A DNA stretch of 64,000 nucleotides from Lama glama (lineage: Eukaryota), in the NCBI GenBank assembly GCA_028534125.1, contig CM052816.1:84632001-84696000 (forward strand), given 5' to 3'. The notes below the pieces were generated by a model, which did no database searches, was not told the DNA's origin, and saw nothing but the letters and a program-made list of their open reading frames with translations. Positions 24,970-38,247 of the stretch are shown one piece after another. How positions within the stretch are numbered: position 1 is the stretch's first letter; each line of letters begins with the position of its first letter. The position numbers and the translations under genes are program-made.

Positions 24970-25499
24970 TTCTCTTCTCATGAAAGTCCCATTCACACAA
25001 ACAGATTCTTACTGTCTTTGTAGCCCAAAAGAGTATCAAAATTCTATAAATCAAAAAATGCACTGCCCTTGCCTCATCCTTAGATAAAAGCCAATTTATA
25101 TTATTTTAAAGTTTATCAGCTAAATGTTATTCAATTCACCATAAAATGAATAAAATTAAGGATTATTTTTAAGAATCTTTAGCATGCTTTAAAATAATTT
25201 GTTTTTATTATCTTTAAGAGCATCTGTCAGGCCATGGTATTTGGAGAGTTCCAAGGGTACAAATGGACATGTGTCTGCTTGTATATAGACATTACATTTA
25301 TTACATTAAATTTGTTTGAGACACAGTTTTCATTGAATAATATCCATTATACACTTGTATGTGTAAATTTTCAACCTAACTATGGATTTATTAATATATA
25401 AGGCATATGAATAAAATACTTGAAAAACAAAATGGACATTTATAAGCGTACAAGAGAAAATTAAATTTGTATCTTTTATTCTCACATACATGTTTCAAC

Positions 25500-25890
25500 A
25501 AACTACTGAGAGTAGAATGGTGGTTGCCAGGACCTGGGGTCAGGGTGGAGAAATGGGGAGATGTGGGTCAAAGGGTACAAACTTCAAATGTAAGATGAAT
25601 AATTTCTGGGGACCTAATGTACAACATGGCAATTATAGTAAATAGTACTATACTGTATACTTGGAAGTTGCTAAGAGAGTAGACACGTACACACGAACGG
25701 TAACTATATGAGGAGATGGATGTTAATTAACATGATTGTGGCCATCATTTCTCAATGTATAACATATATTAAATCATCACACTGTATACCTTAAAAAACA
25801 TCATGTTGTCCAATCATCATGTCCAACACGTCCACATGTCATGTGACAAGTTTTATTCATCACTCATCCTTCAATAGAGCAGGGGGACAA
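25500..25890 (+). mobile_element. LINE-1 3' UTR (L1MA-type)
   Basis: 'gagagtagaatggtggttgccagg...aaatggggagatgtgggtcaaagggtacaaacttc...tatacttggaagttgctaagagagtaga'. Confidence 0.88.
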
Positions 25891-27249
25891 AGTAAAAACC
25901 AAATGGACAAAAGTTTTCTGAGAAAATCAGATACAATGGAATGTGTAAATTGTTGCTTTAGCAAGCAAACATCTGCTATGTGAACTAAGGCATAATTAAA
26001 CCAAATCCTTCAAAAACTCAAAACAGGCTGCAAAAGTAGGAATAAAATTTGAAGACCTTGGAAAAATTTCCAGCTTCAGACCCAAGATCACTTAGTCATC
26101 ATTTTCACATGAACTCCAGAATCTCCTCTACCGCATCTATGGCAGGTAGAGGGCCATGGCCACTATTAGCTCTACCAGCGCTACCTCTACTGGCAGGGAT
26201 TGCTCTCCACCTTTAACTCCTTTACCTCTACTAAATGCCATACTGTATCCACCACCATCACCTTTATTTGGGGAATCTCCTGTTCCAGAATTACAAATGG
26301 TCTTATTTCACTCAACTCTCTTTAACAAGAGGCCTATTTATTGTATATAATGAGCCAAGAAGGAAAAAACAACAGTAACACCAGCCCCAAATTGGCCTCA
26401 ATTCTCTATAATCTTTGAAGCTTAAGATCAAGGCAGAAAATGTTTAAAGTGCAGGAGTTTTCTCTTGGGAAGTGCATGGCCTACAACAGAAGTGATAACA
26501 AGTGATTACACCATGCAGTGCACCATGATTTTTTAACTGAAGATATTATAGCATGAATATTATACCAACAAGCTTGGTGTGCCCCAGAGCAGTAGAGTTT
26601 TGCTCTCTTTGAGTGGGCAGATCCACTTAAAGGGAAGTCTGCTTCTCACTAATTGATAATTTAGTCACTGCATTTTCATAAGACTCTCTCAAAAACTTTA
26701 GAATTTGGTTATTACTGGCATTACTGGCTTTCTCATTGAAAAGCAAAACAAGGCTACATACACAACATAGCATTTTTTAGCCATATGTTGATATCTGCCA
26801 AAACAAAATCAAACAACAGTAAGCAAATACAAAATCTCTAATTTGTTTTTTTAACCATTCTAAATTGAAACAAATTCAATGTGGCTTTAATTTTTCCTTT
26901 TGCCAAAAAGAAATACAAAAATGTACCCCAATAAGTTTTATATGAATTTTAAAGTATATCTATATGTTTTGTACATAATCCCAGACAAACAGACACAAAT
27001 ACATAAGTGTGTGTATTTGTAATTTACATTTCCCCAACATTCACTGGTTTATTTTTTTTCCCAAAGGCTTTTCCTAAAGTTCAAATAAGCATGGTTTGTA
27101 AATAATCTTTCCAGGCAGTGCACTTACTTACACCCTTATTGGTAAAAATCACATCAAGTCAAGTCTAAAGAAACTAAATTAAGCATTAGAAACAGCTAGA
27201 GAGGGAGAGAGAAAGAGAAGAGAGAGAGAGAGAATTAGTGAGTTCTTTC

Positions 27250-27575
27250 CACAATAGGAGCTGTGGCAAAATTTAGAGCTCTAAATTCAGTGGCTTAATC
27301 AAGTAGAGTGATATTAATCACTCCATGGCCTTCATGTTGGCTCCAAATTAACTGTGTCAGGCTAGTCTCCAGCCTCTAATCTCTGGCCTTCAGTCTAGGT
27401 GCCAGGCTACAGACTGACTTCCAGTCTACTTCTTGGACCAGCAGTGGTAGCAGGTAGCAGGGCTACAGCATCATCTCTGCACTCTAGTTTGAGGCTCAGT
27501 CTGAGACATGTCCTTCTCATGGCAGGTCACTGGAATGTAATACAGCAAGTGCAACACTGCAAACATACTTCACAT
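27250..27575 (-). mobile_element. Old MaLR LTR fragment (MLT1J/K-like)
   Basis: 'aaattcagtggcttaa', 'ttggaccagcag' and 'catgtccttctcatggcaggtcactggaatg...aagtgcaacactgcaaacat'. Confidence 0.55.
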
Positions 27576-28024
27576 ATTTTTTATTATTTACTGTAGTTGG
27601 GAGGATATGTATTCTAGTTTAACTTTCTTAAATAATAAATTTGGATACCTGGGACATTTTTTGGAAATTAATGTGATTTTTTTTTGGCCTTTTCTTACAC
27701 TTTTCTAACATTTTTGGTTGTGAGAATGACTTTTTAAGAGTTACTCTGAGGAAGAAAGAAGGAAAGATAAAATCTTTTTTTTCCTGTTAAAAGAGGGCAA
27801 TGTTTAGGAGAGAAATCTTGCCTATGCTATGCTCTTTCATTGACTTTTTTTAAAAGCTAAGCTAAAATAACAAGCACTATCATGAAGGAGAGTTTATTAT
27901 TTACTAATAGATTTAAAACAAGTTTCACAAAATAATAACCATGGGGGATTTCTACTTAGAATGTAACTAATTTGATTTTACAGAATTAGAGAAACATCTC
28001 ATTTCCAAGTTTATGCAAAGTGTG

Positions 28025-28057
<33 letters not shown>

Positions 28058-28494
28058 TCCCTGTGGCTATGCTTCAGATTTAACTGGAAAAATTTTACTC
28101 ACACTTAACAGTTTTTGACAAGTTTTTGAATCTTTGAGACTATTTTGCTATCATATAGATTCCTTCCAGAGGACACCTCATGCTCTCTGTCCTTCTCTTA
28201 CCTCCATGCAGTGTCCTTGCTCATTGGTCTTTGCTGACCACATTCCTCCAAATCAAATTATGAGGACATGTATACATCAACTGTAATATTTAGCAATGGT
28301 AATGCTGTTTTGCTACTGCCATACTAAGGATGCTCCTGTAACATCTAAGTAACCATATTAGGCTTTCTTCAGTTTGAAATAAGAAACTATTTTACTTCTC
28401 AATAAGGGCCAATTAAATTTAGAAAATGTAAAGTAACACAAGCCTCAGAGAAGTACATGTCTTGGGATAGGACTACAAGAATACGTTATACTTT

Positions 28495-28672
28495 ATGGCT
28501 TATAAACTTGGCTGCTAATAAGAATCACCTGGGAGGTTTGTTAATAATGCAGATTCCCTAGACACAGCCCAGACTTAATGAAGCAGATTCTCCAGAGAAG
28601 GGGCACGGGAATTCTGTTTTTAATAAGTGTCTCAAATGACGTGTATACTCTGATGATTATATTTGAAACTTC
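28495..28672. mobile_element. MER5-like hAT-Charlie non-autonomous DNA transposon
   Basis: 'aaacttggctgc..taagaatcacctgggagg..tgttaataatgcagattccc...ggggcacgggaattctgtttttaataag'. Confidence 0.8.
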
Positions 28673-29013
28673 AGTTCAAGGCTAGATGTGCTGTGTGACT
28701 GCTGATAAGTAGGAGGAGTTCTCCTGCTGTGCTGAGACATTTTGTTTTCACACTGGATGACGAACTATTGAAATATTTTGATTATAAATGAAGGAGCAAA
28801 CAGGCACCATTTAAAGATGACTCTGACAGCATAAGATACATGGTGATCACGGTAAGAAAGCCAATAAATGACATTCGTGACCCAGATGGCTAGTGGGGAA
28901 GACATGATAGGACAGCGACGGTGGCACTTCAAAAGAAGGTGGAGGTTTAAACGGTAAGAGGAGGCAGTCTTAATCCACTTGCTGGTTAAATGTCAAGGAT
29001 AAGAGTAATCGAT

Positions 29014-29406
29014 TGTGTTGGTTTGCACAGGCTGCCGTAACAAAATACCACAGACTGGGTGACTTAATAACAAAAGTTAGTTCTGGAGGCTAGAAGTCCA
29101 AGATCAAGGGCTCAGCCAGTTTGGTTGCTCCTGAGGCCTCTCTCCTTGGCTTGCAAATGACCATCTTCCTGCAGTGTTCTCACATGGTCTTTCCTCTGTG
29201 CCTGCATAACCCTGTCTCTGTGTGTGTCCAAAGTCCCTTGTATTATAGTGACACCAGCCAAATTGGATTAGAGCCCATCCAGAGGCCTCAATTTAACATA
29301 ATCACCTCTTAAAAGGCCGTGTCTCCAAATACAGTCACATTCTGGGGGTACTGGATGTTACGGTTTCAACATATGAATCCTGGGGGACATAATGCAGCTC
29401 ATAATA
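29014..29406 (-). mobile_element. MaLR solo LTR (MLT1A/B-like)
   Basis: 'ggctgccgtaacaaaataccacagactgggtg', 'agttctggaggctagaagtccaagatcaagg' and 'tctccaaatacagtcacattctg'. Confidence 0.9.
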
Positions 29407-30199
29407 TGTATGAAGTTCTGAAGACTGCAAGTATGATGATTCTGACAACTGATTAGGTGTTGATGCTCTTCTCCAAGTTAAGGAATACATATAAAAGACA
29501 AGCAAGATGGATAATAAAGTCTATTTGAACATAGCATGGTTGAATTGCTTATGGGAAATTAGGGCAGAGATACAGGGAGACAGCAGATGCATGTGTGTGT
29601 AGGAATGTGTGCCTGACTGTGTGGACATAGGTTGGCTCTATGGAATGACATTACTTAAAACATATAAATTGCAGGAAAATTTGAGAATGAATAGTTCTTA
29701 CAGAATATCCAAAAGTGTTACCATTGATTAACTTAAAACAAATTCCATTTTTCCCCCATGCATCTATACTAATTGTACAACCAACAAGTTTAACACCCAC
29801 CTTAGTGAGAAAGGCTTAATTACATGATTCATTAGCTTAAGCTTAGACATGACTTAGCCTTTCTGGTTCCCTGGTTTGTGCTGTTCCTTGCACTAGCTAG
29901 ATGAAGAATAGACCGGTTAGTTTAGTGTTTCTGAACTAGCACAATCTTCATTGTCTTGATTGTCTTTTCCACAGAGAAACTGGTGTTTTGGCTATTGACA
30001 CATTTCAAAGTTTCTATCCTCTTTTGTAATTAATCCTCCATTAAATGTTTTAGTAACAATTAGTTATTCATTCAATTAGAACATACAAGACAATGTTTTA
30101 CAAACAGCTTTTCAATATGATTTATAAACCATATGCTTACAATATATACAAATGCATGTTTACCTGAGAGAATAAGATATCAATCAAAAATTTAATAGC

Positions 30200-30575
30200 T
30201 CATATGTATACACAGTGGAATACTAATTGGCCACAAAAAAGAATGAAATCCTACCATTTGTGACAATATGAACGGACTTTGAAGGTATGATGTTAAGTGC
30301 AATAAGTCAGACAGAGAAAGACAAATAACATGATTTCACTCACATGTGAGAATTAAAACAAGCTAAAACAAACAAAATGAAACAAAGATACAGAGATCAG
30401 GTTAGTGGTTACCAGAGGGAAAGGGGGCTGGAGGGGGTGGGTGAAACGGGTGAAGGGGGTCAACTTTACGGTGATGGATGGTAACTAGAATTGTGGTGGT
30501 GACCCCTTTGTCATGTATAAAGATGTTGGGACTATAAAGCTGTACAACTGAAACTTACACAAGAAAAAAAATTAA
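30200..30575 (+). mobile_element. LINE-1 3' end
   Basis: 'aaaaagaatgaaatcctaccatttgtgacaatatg...aataagtcagacagagaaagacaaata...gtggttaccagaggg' followed by an A-rich tail. Confidence 0.88.
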
Positions 30576-32199
30576 GTAAATAGGAAAATATTTTAGACCT
30601 CAATCTATGACAGAATCACACAAAGCAATATTAAACAGAACAACATGGATTGACCTAGAGATTATAATACTATGCAATACTACCTCAACTTGCTATCATT
30701 TATGTTTAATATTCTGCATACATTTAATATTGTGTGTATGTTTATTATAATTTCCTTTGAAAATACTTTTTCTATGACAGCTAAAATTTCAATTTCAAAT
30801 TTAACTAATTAAGAATAATTTTTTGTTGATATTGACTTTTAGACAAGATAATTCAAATAAATATAACAATATTATGTGGAATTTTAATGCTATTAATGGA
30901 ACTATTATTTGAATATTCATATTCATTCCTTTCCATGAAGAAAATGAACAATTAACTGTCAAAGTTGGAGGGAACCCTCTAAGGCTTCACGGGTACACTA
31001 CAAATGTTTTGTTGTGAGTCTTCCTAGACCATCTGCATGATGGCAATAAATCAGTAAAAAATATGCCCATGTGTTTCTTTAATTCTGTCCACCTCCTCCC
31101 TCAAACTGTTTTTTACTTCCCACTGATGATGATTATATTTACTTACATCAATATGGCATAAAAGATCATTGTGTCTTTCCAGCTCAGTTACCTGGAAATG
31201 GTTTCTTGATTATGCCTCTCATTGATTTAGGGTCACCTTCATACATCTTGTGAGCCAGGTCTCTGTATTCCTTTGGATAAAATTACAGAATAATTTTAAA
31301 GTTTTTTTTTTTTTCTTTCCATAGCGTTCACTCTAGCTAGCATTTTCTCCCTCATTCTACAAGACAAAAGAACCATCCATAGGGTCAAATTTCAAGCAGC
31401 AGATCAAATCAAGCAGAAGCATGTATCAATATCCTTGTGCCACTGAGCTGCTCAAACATCTGGGTAAATTTTGTCTATCTGGTTGTTTCCAAGATGTTGC
31501 TGCATTCGAATTCTAACTGGACACAAATTCATGTTTTTTAAGATATTTGTTTTTCTTTACATGCTTTTAACATTTCGAGGACAGACAAAGCTGCTTATAT
31601 AAAAAGAACTAGCAGGTTTAATAGCTATTATTTTACCTAATGCTAGAAGATGTACAAGCATAAGCTGAAGTTCAGTGTTGACCTAAAACAGACTGCAAGA
31701 TATTTCTGCAGCAAAGATTGGTTTATTTGAGATCACCAGAGAATTGCTATACAGTGTCTGCACCCACTGCAAGCCATATGCAAGTCCCCACATAGCAAGG
31801 GAAAGAATGCTTTGAGAGGGAGGGAAAGGAAGTTGGGGTTGGGCTACAGTAAACAGAGTCCATAGCTTTCTGCGGGTGAGTCCTTGACTGTAAAAAAGTC
31901 TTTTTTCTTCCTGTTGGACTCTGCTATCACTGCAGGGTGTCACAGCATCTCCTTCTGATCTCCCAACTGTATCTAATAGAGAGTTCTGTTTATTAGTTTT
32001 TTACATTTCTCCCTTTTCATCAAGATCTTGGGGACAAGTGTGCAGACTGGAAAGCTATTGAGGTCCCATTCAAGTAACAAGGAGGGCACATTGCTTCTCA
32101 TTCCATCCTGGTCGTTTTTACTAGAAGGGAAAAGTCCTGGTTCAGCCCATTAATAAACATGGAGTTAAAAGTTCCCTGGGTGGAATCAACATCTGAAGG

Positions 32200-33960
32200 A
32201 AGATCAGAATTTTCTTTAAAAACGATCTCAAGTTGACTGTAATAGTCATGAACAGATTTACCAGAGTTATGTGTGTAAGCCTGAATTTTGTTTTAATAAG
32301 CTCAAAAAAGCCCTAGGAATTACTCAGTGAAGTTGCCTAGTGATTGATCAAGCCTGATCATGTAATAAGTTAGCAGGCTAGTCTCCTGGTTCTAACTGTA
32401 GAGACCTTTCAGGATTATTCCCAGAAGCTTCATTTTTTAATCTAACACTGGGCTTGGCATTCACTGACAAGCATATGAACTGGCTGATTCAAGCCACTGC
32501 AACCAGGTTGGTAAGTCTGAGTGACAATGTTAAATTCCTCAGCAAATCTGTGAGGACCTTTTGTTACTCTGGGAAAATCTTTGGCTATGGCTCACAGTTC
32601 AGCTTTAGTCCAGGGAATATAGGAAATTAAGTTTAGCCTCTGGATCCTCAGAAGGCTTAATTTTAAAGGGACAGTTTCTGACAAGTTTTGAGGAAAAGGG
32701 AGTGAGGAGAGTTTCAGAAAAAGGGGGAGGTCTAGAGAGAGAATTGGTATGTGGGAACTGAGGGTATAGAGGAGGCATAGGTGGCATATAAGGGAAAGAG
32801 GAAGATGGGACCACAGGCAAAGCCTGAGGCAAAGAAGCCAAAGAAGAGCCCAAGGCTTATCGAACCATTTAATCTGCCCGTAATTGTTTGTTTTCCTCAG
32901 TGAATCTTAAAATCTTGTTTGGCAATTTTGGACTCCTGATAATGTTGTAATACAAATCAAAGTAAGCATTCCACTCAATTTTGGAGATTTTTGAGCTATT
33001 GTGATTCACTTCAGTTTTGAGGAAATTAAGTTTGGAGAGATCAAAATTTTCTCATGGAGAAAAGGAAATCATTTTATACTGTTGGAAGGAATGTAAATTG
33101 GTGCAGCCACTATGAAGAAGAATATGGAAGTTCTAAAACTAAAAATTGAGTTGCCATATGATCTAGCAATCCCATTTCTGAGCATATATCTGGAGAAAAC
33201 TCTAATTTGAAAAGAGATATCCACCCCAATGTTCATAGCAGCACTATATACAATAGCCAAGATATGGAAGCAACCTACATGTCCATCAACAGACAACTGG
33301 ATAAAGAAGTTGTGATATATATATACAATGGAATACTACTCAGCCATAAAAAGAATAAAATAATGTCATTTGCAGCAACATGGATGGACCTAGAGATTAT
33401 CATACTAAATGAAGTCAGCCAGAAAGAGGAAGACAAATACCATATAATATCACTTATATGTAGAATCTAAAATATGACACAAATAAACTTATTTACAAAA
33501 CAGAAACAGACTGACAGACATAGAAAAGAAACTTATGGTTACCAAAGGGGATGGGGGGATAAATTAGGAGTTTGGAATTAGCAGATACAAATTACTGTAT
33601 ATAAAATAGATAAACAACAAGGGCCTACTATATGACACAGGGAACGATATACAATATCTTATAATAAAACACAATGGAAAAGAGTATGAAAAAGAATAAG
33701 TATTTATTTGTATAATTGAATCACTTTGCTCTACACCAGAAACTGACACAACATTGTAAAGTAATTGCACTTCAATTTTGAAAAGTTCCTCATTGATATA
33801 CTAAATTTCCTTTGGTCAAGTCAGTCCATTTAGTTAGAAATGGCAATAAGAAAGGACTATAGTTTTTAAACATAAAATAGGTGGAATTTTCTGTAAAGGG
33901 GCTTTCCTCAAAATACTGAGATAGCTGGGATCCTATATTTCAGAAGATTTTCTCTAGAGT
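32200..33960 (-). pseudogene. gag: gag remnant of provirus 2, split by an L1
   Basis: On the - strand: 'KWTDLTKGNLVYQ*GTFDLSKLNFL' after L1 removal, Pro-rich 'PPMPPLYP', and 'IPWTKAEL*AIAKDFPRVTKGPHRFAEEFNIVTQTYQPG...VHMLV'. Confidence 0.82.
33056..33780 (+). mobile_element. 5'-truncated LINE-1 (ORF2 C-terminus plus 3' UTR) inserted in gag
   Basis: Canonical L1 text ('aatgtaaattggtgcagccactatg', 'tttgcagcaacatggatggacctagagattatcatactaaatgaagt'). TSD aaaattttctcat (33043-33055) / aaaagttcctcat (33781-33793). Confidence 0.93.
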
Positions 33961-34451
33961 AAAAGAAGAATTTGTAAACTGCTCAAACACCATACAGCCC
34001 AAACAGTTCATTCAAGCAGTCTGCAGGCCTAACAATTCTAAGGAGACAGGTTGGTTGCAGAAGAGCCAGGTTGAAGCTTCTTCATCCAGTTCCCAGAGAA
34101 CAGCCCTTTTCAAACAAAAAGCCAAAGACTGAAAAACCTGTACAGTTTCAGAGAAACAGCCCCCATTCCCAAAGGAATTGGGCTGGAGGTGCTTTCAGCA
34201 AGCTCCATTTGTAACAGTCTGATCTCTAATTCAGACCCAAGTGACAAACAAGTGCTCACATATAGAAAAGGCCTTAACCAGGGAGATATAACTTGAAAAT
34301 AGATCCTAAGTAAAGCCTGGATATCTTCAATCACAAGGAGGGCGGGAGCTCAGACCCAGGAGAAAGACGTACCTATAAGCTCCAGGGCTGGAGAGAAAAA
34401 CAGTAGAGTGACAGTGGGCTCAGCCCTGGGGCTGCTGGAAGTCCCCTATGG

Positions 34452-34469
34452 TCACTGGCTGGGCCGCCA
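34452..34469 (-). promoter_or_regulatory. Primer-binding site, tRNA-Arg(ACG)-like
   Basis: The - strand reads TGGCGGCCCAGCCAGTGA right after the LTR, matching 13/18 positions of TGGCGAGCCAGCCAGGAG. Confidence 0.6.
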
Positions 34470-34795
34470 AAATGTCAGCCTAAAACAATTAGACTGCCAG
34501 ATTATTCTCCCGCAAAGATGTCTTTTGTGGGGGGATCAGCATAGAATTACAACTCAAGGTCTACAACCATGGTGAGCCAGCCACGTTCAAGTCCTCGCAT
34601 GGCAAGGGAAGGTGAATGCTTTCATAGAGGAGAAAAGAAGCTGGGAGGGTGACAGTAAACAGGCTCCATGGCTTTTCATTGGCTGAGTCCTTGCCAGGAA
34701 AGAAGAGGGTCTTTCTTCTCCCTTTTGGGAGCTATCATCCAGGGCTTGAACTCTCCTCCTTCTGATCTCCTGAATCTATTTAATTGAGGTCTGTA

Positions 34796-34986
34796 CCCTT
34801 TGGTACCTGATATAACCCTCCCTTATAAAAGACTTCAGCAACTGACTCTTGGGACACACAGACACCTCTCCTCTGTGGCTCCCTGTTGCCTATAGCATTG
34901 TCCTCAATAAACACCTTTTCTATCTTCCTCTTTAACTCTGGTAAATTCTTTTATTGCTCGTGCACCAGCCAGCCAAATCCCACAAC
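34796..34986 (+). mobile_element. 3' half of an unrelated LTR
   Basis: 'cttataaaagac' TATA, 'ctcaataaacacc' polyA signal, 'tctggtaaattctttta' and the end 'cacaaca'. Confidence 0.6.
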
Positions 34987-34989
34987 ACT

Positions 34990-35509
34990 TATCGGGGAGG
35001 AAGAATAATTTTCCCTATAGCCTTGAAAATTCTTGACTGAGACCCCTCTGTAAGAAAATATCAATATGAGAACAAAAATCAGAAGTTTAATAACATGTAT
35101 TCTTCTTGTATACATGGGAGATACCAAGGAAAACTGAGCAACTCTCTGAAATGACCTAAACCATCACTGTTAAATTCTATCTCCATCTGAAGACAAAAGA
35201 TGTTGGGGGTGGGGAGGGGGGGGTCAGCTGTGGGAGGTGACCAGGAAAAGCACAGTAGAAAAGAGTGAGGTTATTAAACAGATTCAAATCAATGTCTTCT
35301 TCCCTGATATCAGTCTCTAGAGATTTATTCATCCATCTCTTCCTTAAAAATGGAGATTTTCCTTATAAATGTAAATGTCTCTTACAAAAGGGTAACTTAC
35401 TTAGATTTCAGACCTTCTCTTGTGTCTCTGTTTCTCAAAAATAACTAGTTCAAGATAATCTTTATGTCAAAGAGACATATTTGGGGGTGGCAAACTCTGC
35501 TCCCTTCCA
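34990..35509 (-). mobile_element. ERV1 solo LTR, MER34-like (same family as 22659-23212)
   Basis: Shares 'tttaataacatgtat', 'aaggaaaactgag', 'tgaagacaaaagatgttggggg' and 'gtggcaaa.tctgctccc' with 22659-23212. Confidence 0.8.
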
Positions 35510-35529
35510 TCACCAAGCCCGCTCTTCTC

Positions 35530-35685
35530 CCACTCTTCTGCAAGTTGGTAAATGGCAACATTACTCACCCACTTGCTCAAGTCAAAACTTGAGATTCAAC
35601 TTTAATTTCCTTTTCCCACACATCTCAGTTCACACCATGAATAACTCCTATATGCTTTACATTAAAATAAATCCAAAATCTGATC
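35530..35685 (+). mobile_element. L2 LINE fragment
   Basis: 'gtaaatggcaacattactcacccacttgctcaagtcaaaacttgagattca' resembles L2 RT-region consensus. Confidence 0.6.
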
Positions 35686-35922
35686 AATTATGTTTTGTCA
35701 GGCACATCAACATTTTTATGCTTATAATAATGAGACCATTTATTTTCCCATTACATTTTTCACTACAATGACAAGCCTGCTAAAGTTTCAGAATCTACTT
35801 GTAGCGTAGTCAGCATCTAACCCCTGCAGAGGCAGCCTGGACTAGCCAGCCCATCAACTAACTGTGCAAGTCCAGCTGATTTCAGCAAACTGCACAGGTT
35901 CAGAATAATGTCCCAGCCAATC

Positions 35923-36535
35923 TGTTACCAAACTCAATGGATCCATTGTTCAGAGTGCTTAGCCAATGAATACATCAGTACTTTTGATGAAAGTAAAAGC
36001 ATTTGTTACTTGTGACAAGTGAGGAGACAGGAAGACAGCTCTCAAGGCACTGTCTGCCAGAACAGCAAGACTAGGGAAGTGTTAAGCTGAGCGTCTGTGC
36101 ATCCTCATGAAAGGGTGAGAGATCTTCCATGTAGAGGTGGGTTCCAGATGCACTTGCGCAGTGTGACATGCTCAAAGATATGTTACATGTTCAAAAATGG
36201 CGGCAATCCCCACTCTTGGGGTGAAGATTTTAGAATTAAAATGAGGCAAAAGCCATTCTGGGTTGACAAAATCCAGGCACTCATTTGAATGAAGTCACAA
36301 GGGTCAGCAAAGGTCACATCATCACTCCTTAGGCTCCAGTAGGTGGCTGAGTGCTCTAGGGGGTTTGGATTCTGCAAAACAGCTCGACAATGTGCTTTGG
36401 GCTGATGTTACCTTTGAAACAGAACTGGGAGTTTTATGTCTGATTTATTATCTTATGGTTGCTTCTTTTGCCTGATAACAGCCATTTGCTTCTGCATTCT
36501 TTGTTCTTTTTAAAATCACTAATTACTGAGACCTA
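35923..36535 (-). mobile_element. Truncated ERV1-class LTR
   Basis: Starts 'tgttaccaaactc' and contains typical antisense LTR text ('cttttgcctgataacagccatttg', 'aatcactaattactgagacct'). The other end is not found. Confidence 0.55.
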
Positions 36536-37781
36536 TTTTTTATTTCCGCATGTAGACTTAGGTGGACTAGACTAGGCCATCATTCCCCTTTCTCCCAGCC
36601 ATCAGTAGAGAGAACACAAAGAACTTCTAAAATTCACACTCTGGTTCTTAACTTCAGCTGGTCAAGCCTGTGTTATATTTCTCTTAGTGCCTGGTATTCT
36701 ACTCCTGAAAAATATGACATACTCTGGTTTAACCCCCTCCCTTCCTTATTACTGTCTCGCTAACAAACCCGTTGTCCCTTAGGGAAAAAGAAACTTAAGG
36801 TTTTTTGCCACTGACATTGTGGTTTTTTCCCCCACAATGACATAAGGTAATTTAACATGAGCAGAGGTATCTACAAACCCTAACAGGTCATTAAAACAGC
36901 ACTTTATATTACAGTACTATAAAGTAATTGATTATCATATTGATTATATATTTTAGATATTTTAAAACGAAGGTTATTTACAACACCTTGCTATGCAATT
37001 ATAATTAGTTTCTCTCTTTTCCACTTTTTAAGAACTCTTCATGAAACTTTAATAACCTACTTTGGCTGTTTAAATAATAACCCAGTGTTAAAGCTATTGT
37101 TTTGAAAAAAAAATGTTAGTTTCAGAAGTAATGCTCCAAAATTGAATTAATATATACCCAATTGATGGCTTTTGAAGTCAAATTCACTTAATGTGCTACA
37201 AATTTAAATATCTTTCTTGGTAAGTGGATTATGCACCTCATCACTTAGTACCCAACAATCAATTTTGCTTTCATCTTTGAACAGTAACGTCATTTATGAC
37301 ATATAAGCAAGCTTGCATTTGGTTAGTAAGTTGGATGGGAGTCATCTGTATTTGCTGTCAAATGCAGCAGCAGAACTCTTGCATCTGTGAAAATAAATTT
37401 ACTTCCAGTATAAAACTATAAATCTCTTCAAAATGGGCTTTTACAAAAAGAACGAAAAAGCAGTCCAGCATCACATTGTTATATTAATTATGAAAGTAGT
37501 AATAATTAGTCCAGCTCCACATGGTTAAGTGACATCTGAGAACAGTCCATGTGAATTTTGCCTTAAAGATATAACAAAAGTACAAATTGTCATTTTGACA
37601 GGAAAGAAATAGGAAGACAGGAGGGGGACCGAAGTTCTAGTTTGGTTTTAGGAAATAATTTGAATGTCAGTGAGAGATAATGATTCTTCTAAATGTACTC
37701 TGTATGTGTGTGTGTGTGTTAAATGCAGTGCAGGAAGAAGACAGAATAACATGGTAGTCACTCTCAAACCTAAATATTTAT

Positions 37782-38247
37782 TGTTGACTGAAATAAAATC
37801 ACACGACGTGATAGTTGTGGATTAAGTTTCATTTGGGACAAAATGAGGACTGTAGCCTGGGATAAAGCATCTCAGAGAGCTCTGAGGAACTGCTCCGAAG
37901 AGACGGGGGGAGCTCAGTATTATATATGATCTTAGTGAAGGGGGTACATGCAGTGAAGCACACATTTAGACGAGGGCTTGCTGCTAGTCACAAAGAGATG
38001 TCACCACTAATGGATTTAGTGATTTTCTAGCTAGGAGGAGATGCAAGAGTTTGGGCTCATAAAATTTTCTCTTGAAGAGATCTAACTATCTGAAGGCTTG
38101 CTTAGCCAGTTTTCCCAGAGCACAGAGCGCCTCACTCCTGCTCTCCACCCTGAGCTCCTTGCAGGGAGTGTTGGAGGTTAGTGGCTGCAGCGGTTCGTGA
38201 TTTAATCCAAGCAGAGGTAGATGGCAAGTGCTAACTTCTAGTTGGCA
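37782..38247 (-). mobile_element. Intact ERV1 solo LTR (MER41-like, artiodactyl type)
   Basis: TGTTGAC...GTTGGCA termini with a perfect 4-bp TSD TTAT (37778-37781 / 38248-38251). Retains several CpGs. Confidence 0.9.

Larger units (their letters stand above)
31676..34795 (-). mobile_element. Internally deleted ERV1-class provirus 2 (LTR, PBS, gag remnant, PPT, LTR)
   Basis: Homologous LTRs at 31676-32005 and 34473-about 34795 (shared 'cctaaaaca', 'gcaaagat', 'gcaagggaa', 'acagtaaacag', 'gagtccttg', 'ccttctgatctcc'). PPT complement 'tttctccctttt' at 32006 and PBS at 34452-34469. Confidence 0.85.

Noticed and set aside
24673..25063. 107-aa and 112-aa ORFs on the - strand
   Set aside because: They are translations of the (TTTC)n microsatellite.
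26123..26155. Short hairpin cctctacc...ggtagagg as a structured RNA
   Set aside because: An 8-bp stem is too short for a pre-miRNA and is expected by chance in 64 kb.
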